From positions 1-55,744 of IMG/VR virus record IMGVR_UViG_3300033076_001147: DNA of 55,744 bases, one strand, 5' to 3'. The DNA comes from a virus. Taxonomy: Duplodnaviria; Caudoviricetes. Positions 53,603-55,744 of the stretch are shown here, piece by piece (the first letter of the stretch is position 1; every line of letters begins with the position of its first letter). The notes under the pieces were generated by a model. It was not told where the DNA came from and ran no database searches. It worked only from the letters and a program-made list of their open reading frames with translations. Both the position numbers and the translations under genes were made by a program.

Positions 53603-54592
53603 ATGCACGGAACCTATGCGCGCGTCTCTCGGGGTCTCGTCGAGAGCCCGGAGTTCCTTGCGCTGTCGGATGCTGCTCGGCAGGTTGTCCTCTGGCTGGC
53701 CGTCGCAGGCCACTGGTCGGGCCTGAGCGCTCTCGACGCCAACCTCATCGCCGCGCACCTTGTTCGACCCGTCGCATGGGCCGAGGGCGCCCTAGCCGAG
53801 CTGGCAGAGGCTGAGATCGTTTGGCTGTCGGGACGGACCATCTACGTCCCTGGCGCCCTCGAAGCCTTCCCGCCGGCCAACCCCAACATGCTCTGCTCGG
53901 CTGTTCGGCACGGCTTGAGCCTCCCCGACTCACCGACCCGCGCCATGTGGGCAGGCGACCTCGCCGCGCTTGCGCGCCCGGAGTGGGTCAACCGGGAGTG
54001 CGACCTGGGCCTCAGCCGCATGACCGGACGACGACCAAGACCGGAGTCCCGCCTAGCCATCCAGCCGAGGCCGCTTGCGCCGGCGCCAACCCCGCCTTCG
54101 CCAGCCCCGCCAGAAACGCCCGCAGAGGCGCCGCGCCCTGTCGAGGCGCCCAGCGCCAGGGCAGAGGCGCCCATGCCCGCCAGCGGGCCTGCGCGGTCGG
54201 TTCCAGGGCCATCGCCGGCTGCCATTCTTGGAGCGTGGAACGACAACGCCGGACAGCACGTCCGCGCGCAGTCGTTCGTGTCAACCGGGCGCGCCCGCCT
54301 CGCCGAGGGCTACACGCTGGATGACCTCGGGCTTGTCGCTCGCTGGGCGGCGCACGGGCCGAAGTCCGCCTGGTTCGCAGGAGCCAACGACCGCAAGACG
54401 TCGTACCTGTCGCCGCGGACGCTGTGGCGACAGACCAACTTCCCCCGCTACCTGGAGCAGGCCGGCGCCTGGGTGGCGTCGAACGGACTGAGCGATCGCG
54501 ACGCTGCCAGCGTCGCGTTCGTGGCGTCCAGGCTGGCCGAGGAGCCGGCCGATGCTGTGCCGGCAGAGGACGACGAGGTGCCGGAATGGTGA
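53603..54592 (+). CDS. phage replication initiator (N-terminal wHTH/NPN domain, Phg_2220_C-like C-terminus)
   Basis: EFLALSDAAR, PPANPN, RLAEGYTLDDL...YLSPRTLW...FPRYL. Confidence 0.72.
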   Translation: MHGTYARVSRGLVESPEFLALSDAARQVVLWLAVAGHWSGLSALDANLIAAHLVRPVAWAEGALAELAEAEIVWLSGRTIYVPGALEAFPPANPNMLCSAVRHGLSLPDSPTRAMWAGDLAALARPEWVNRECDLGLSRMTGRRPRPESRLAIQPRPLAPAPTPPSPAPPETPAEAPRPVEAPSARAEAPMPASGPARSVPGPSPAAILGAWNDNAGQHVRAQSFVSTGRARLAEGYTLDDLGLVARWAAHGPKSAWFAGANDRKTSYLSPRTLWRQTNFPRYLEQAGAWVASNGLSDRDAASVAFVASRLAEEPADAVPAEDDEVPEW

Positions 54593-55744
54593 ACGCGGAC
54601 GTGTCCGAGTACGTCGCCGCGAAGGGCTGGAGGCAGAAGGGCCGCGAGGTGTGGTCTGGTGTCGGCGCGCAGCTCATCTACGACTGCCCGCTTTGCGGCA
54701 AGACCTCTGACGGCGAGCAGCGGCGATTCTACCTCAGCGAGGCGACGGGCCAGTGGAAGACCTTCTGCTGCGGGCAGACGGGCAACCTCATCACGCTCAA
54801 GAGACAGATCGGCGACCTCCAGGTGCGCCTTGCATCGGCATCGGGCGGCGCCGACAGGGACGCCAGGGCGTTCGGTCAGGCTTTGCTTCGCAAGAAGGGC
54901 ACGGCCGCCGCCGCCGCGCTGTCTATGGTCTCGGACGCAGCGAAGTACACCCTGCCGCCAGAGGGTACTGACGAGCGCTACCATGCCGCGCTGCTGGCGC
55001 ACCCTGTCGCGCTCGACTACCTCCAGCGTAAGGCATCTCCAGGCGTGAAGGGGCGCGGCTTCACGATGGAGACCATCGTGAGGGCCAAGCTCGGCTTCCG
55101 GCCCCTCGACGCCGCCCAGGCGGCGAAGCTGGGGACGGCAGTAGACCACCCGGAGCACGGCTGGATCTGCATCCCTTGGTACTTGCCAGACGGCAAGCTG
55201 GCCGGCTTCAAGTACCGGTCGCTCCCCGCAACGCAGGCGGCCAGCCCGGACGATATGCGCTTCAAGCGTGAGAAGGGCTGCCCGTCCGTGCTCTATGGGG
55301 CGCACGAACTAGCAGCGAGCCCCAGCCCCATCGTCGTCCTGTACGAGGCCGAGCTGGACAAGCTGGCCGGGGACCAACTCGGCTTCCCTGCCGGCCTTGC
55401 CATCACGGCTGGCGCGAAGGCGTGGAAGCCCGAGTGGACGGCCATCCTCGCTGGCGTCGCGACCATCATCATCGCGACGGACAACGACCAACAACCGGGG
55501 AAGGCCAGCAACCCAGGCGAGGAGGCAGCCGAGCAGATCGCCGACATCCTTGGGCGACACCGCTGCAAGCGGCTCAGGCTTCCGCGGAAGGACGTCGGCG
55601 AGGCCCTGGCAGGGAACGACCGCGGCGCGACGCCCTGCACGCAACAGGAGGTCGTGGACGCCTACACCTCACTCGCCGCGTTCCCGCACCCTGGGCTTCG
55701 GGACGCGGGGGACTACACGAGCCTCGCCACTCTCGACAAGACCA
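54586..55744 (+). CDS. N-terminal primase part (Zn finger plus TOPRIM) of the primase-helicase; 3'-truncated; absent from the supplied ORF track
   Basis: Hand translation from ATG 54586 has no stop: CPLC...CC, FKYR, YEAELD, ATDND, RKDV. Confidence 0.88.
   Translation, partial: MVNADVSEYVAAKGWRQKGREVWSGVGAQLIYDCPLCGKTSDGEQRRFYLSEATGQWKTFCCGQTGNLITLKRQIGDLQVRLASASGGADRDARAFGQALLRKKGTAAAAALSMVSDAAKYTLPPEGTDERYHAALLAHPVALDYLQRKASPGVKGRGFTMETIVRAKLGFRPLDAAQAAKLGTAVDHPEHGWICIPWYLPDGKLAGFKYRSLPATQAASPDDMRFKREKGCPSVLYGAHELAASPSPIVVLYEAELDKLAGDQLGFPAGLAITAGAKAWKPEWTAILAGVATIIIATDNDQQPGKASNPGEEAAEQIADILGRHRCKRLRLPRKDVGEALAGNDRGATPCTQQEVVDAYTSLAAFPHPGLRDAGDYTSLATLDKT

Overview
The window looks like a near-complete, circularly permuted genome of a high-GC tailed phage with a contractile tail (myovirus-like). 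All calls come from motifs and gene order read by eye; no database search was run. A T7-gp4/Twinkle-type primase-helicase is split across the two ends: primase 54586-55744 and helicase 2-958, with the join out of frame by one base. After the helicase come accessory genes (minimal PolX, frameshifted DUF6283-like gene, MazG-like fold, YkgJ-like Cys-cluster protein) and the only minus-strand operon: two ParB/Srx proteins, a TET/JBP 2OG-Fe(II) dioxygenase and a P-loop kinase, a candidate DNA-hypermodification cassette. Packaging and virion genes follow: putative TerS, more accessory genes, TerL, RusA, portal, MuF fused to an ADP-ribosyltransferase, scaffold, capsid, GH25 endolysin, neck, sheath, tube, chaperone, tape measure, baseplate, fibres and holin-like genes. 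The last part is an early/replication region: MoxR-vWA module, XRE regulator, Cas4/RecB-like nuclease, Sak4-like ATPase, SSB and initiator. I found no integrase, replicative DNA polymerase, canonical tRNA or CRISPR array. The larger spacers are strongly structured. They hold a complete type III hammerhead ribozyme, a roughly 410-nt multi-stem region after TerL, tRNA-like T-arm modules before the capsid operon and a duplicated stem-loop motif. Two origin-like repeat islands lie outside the initiator gene.
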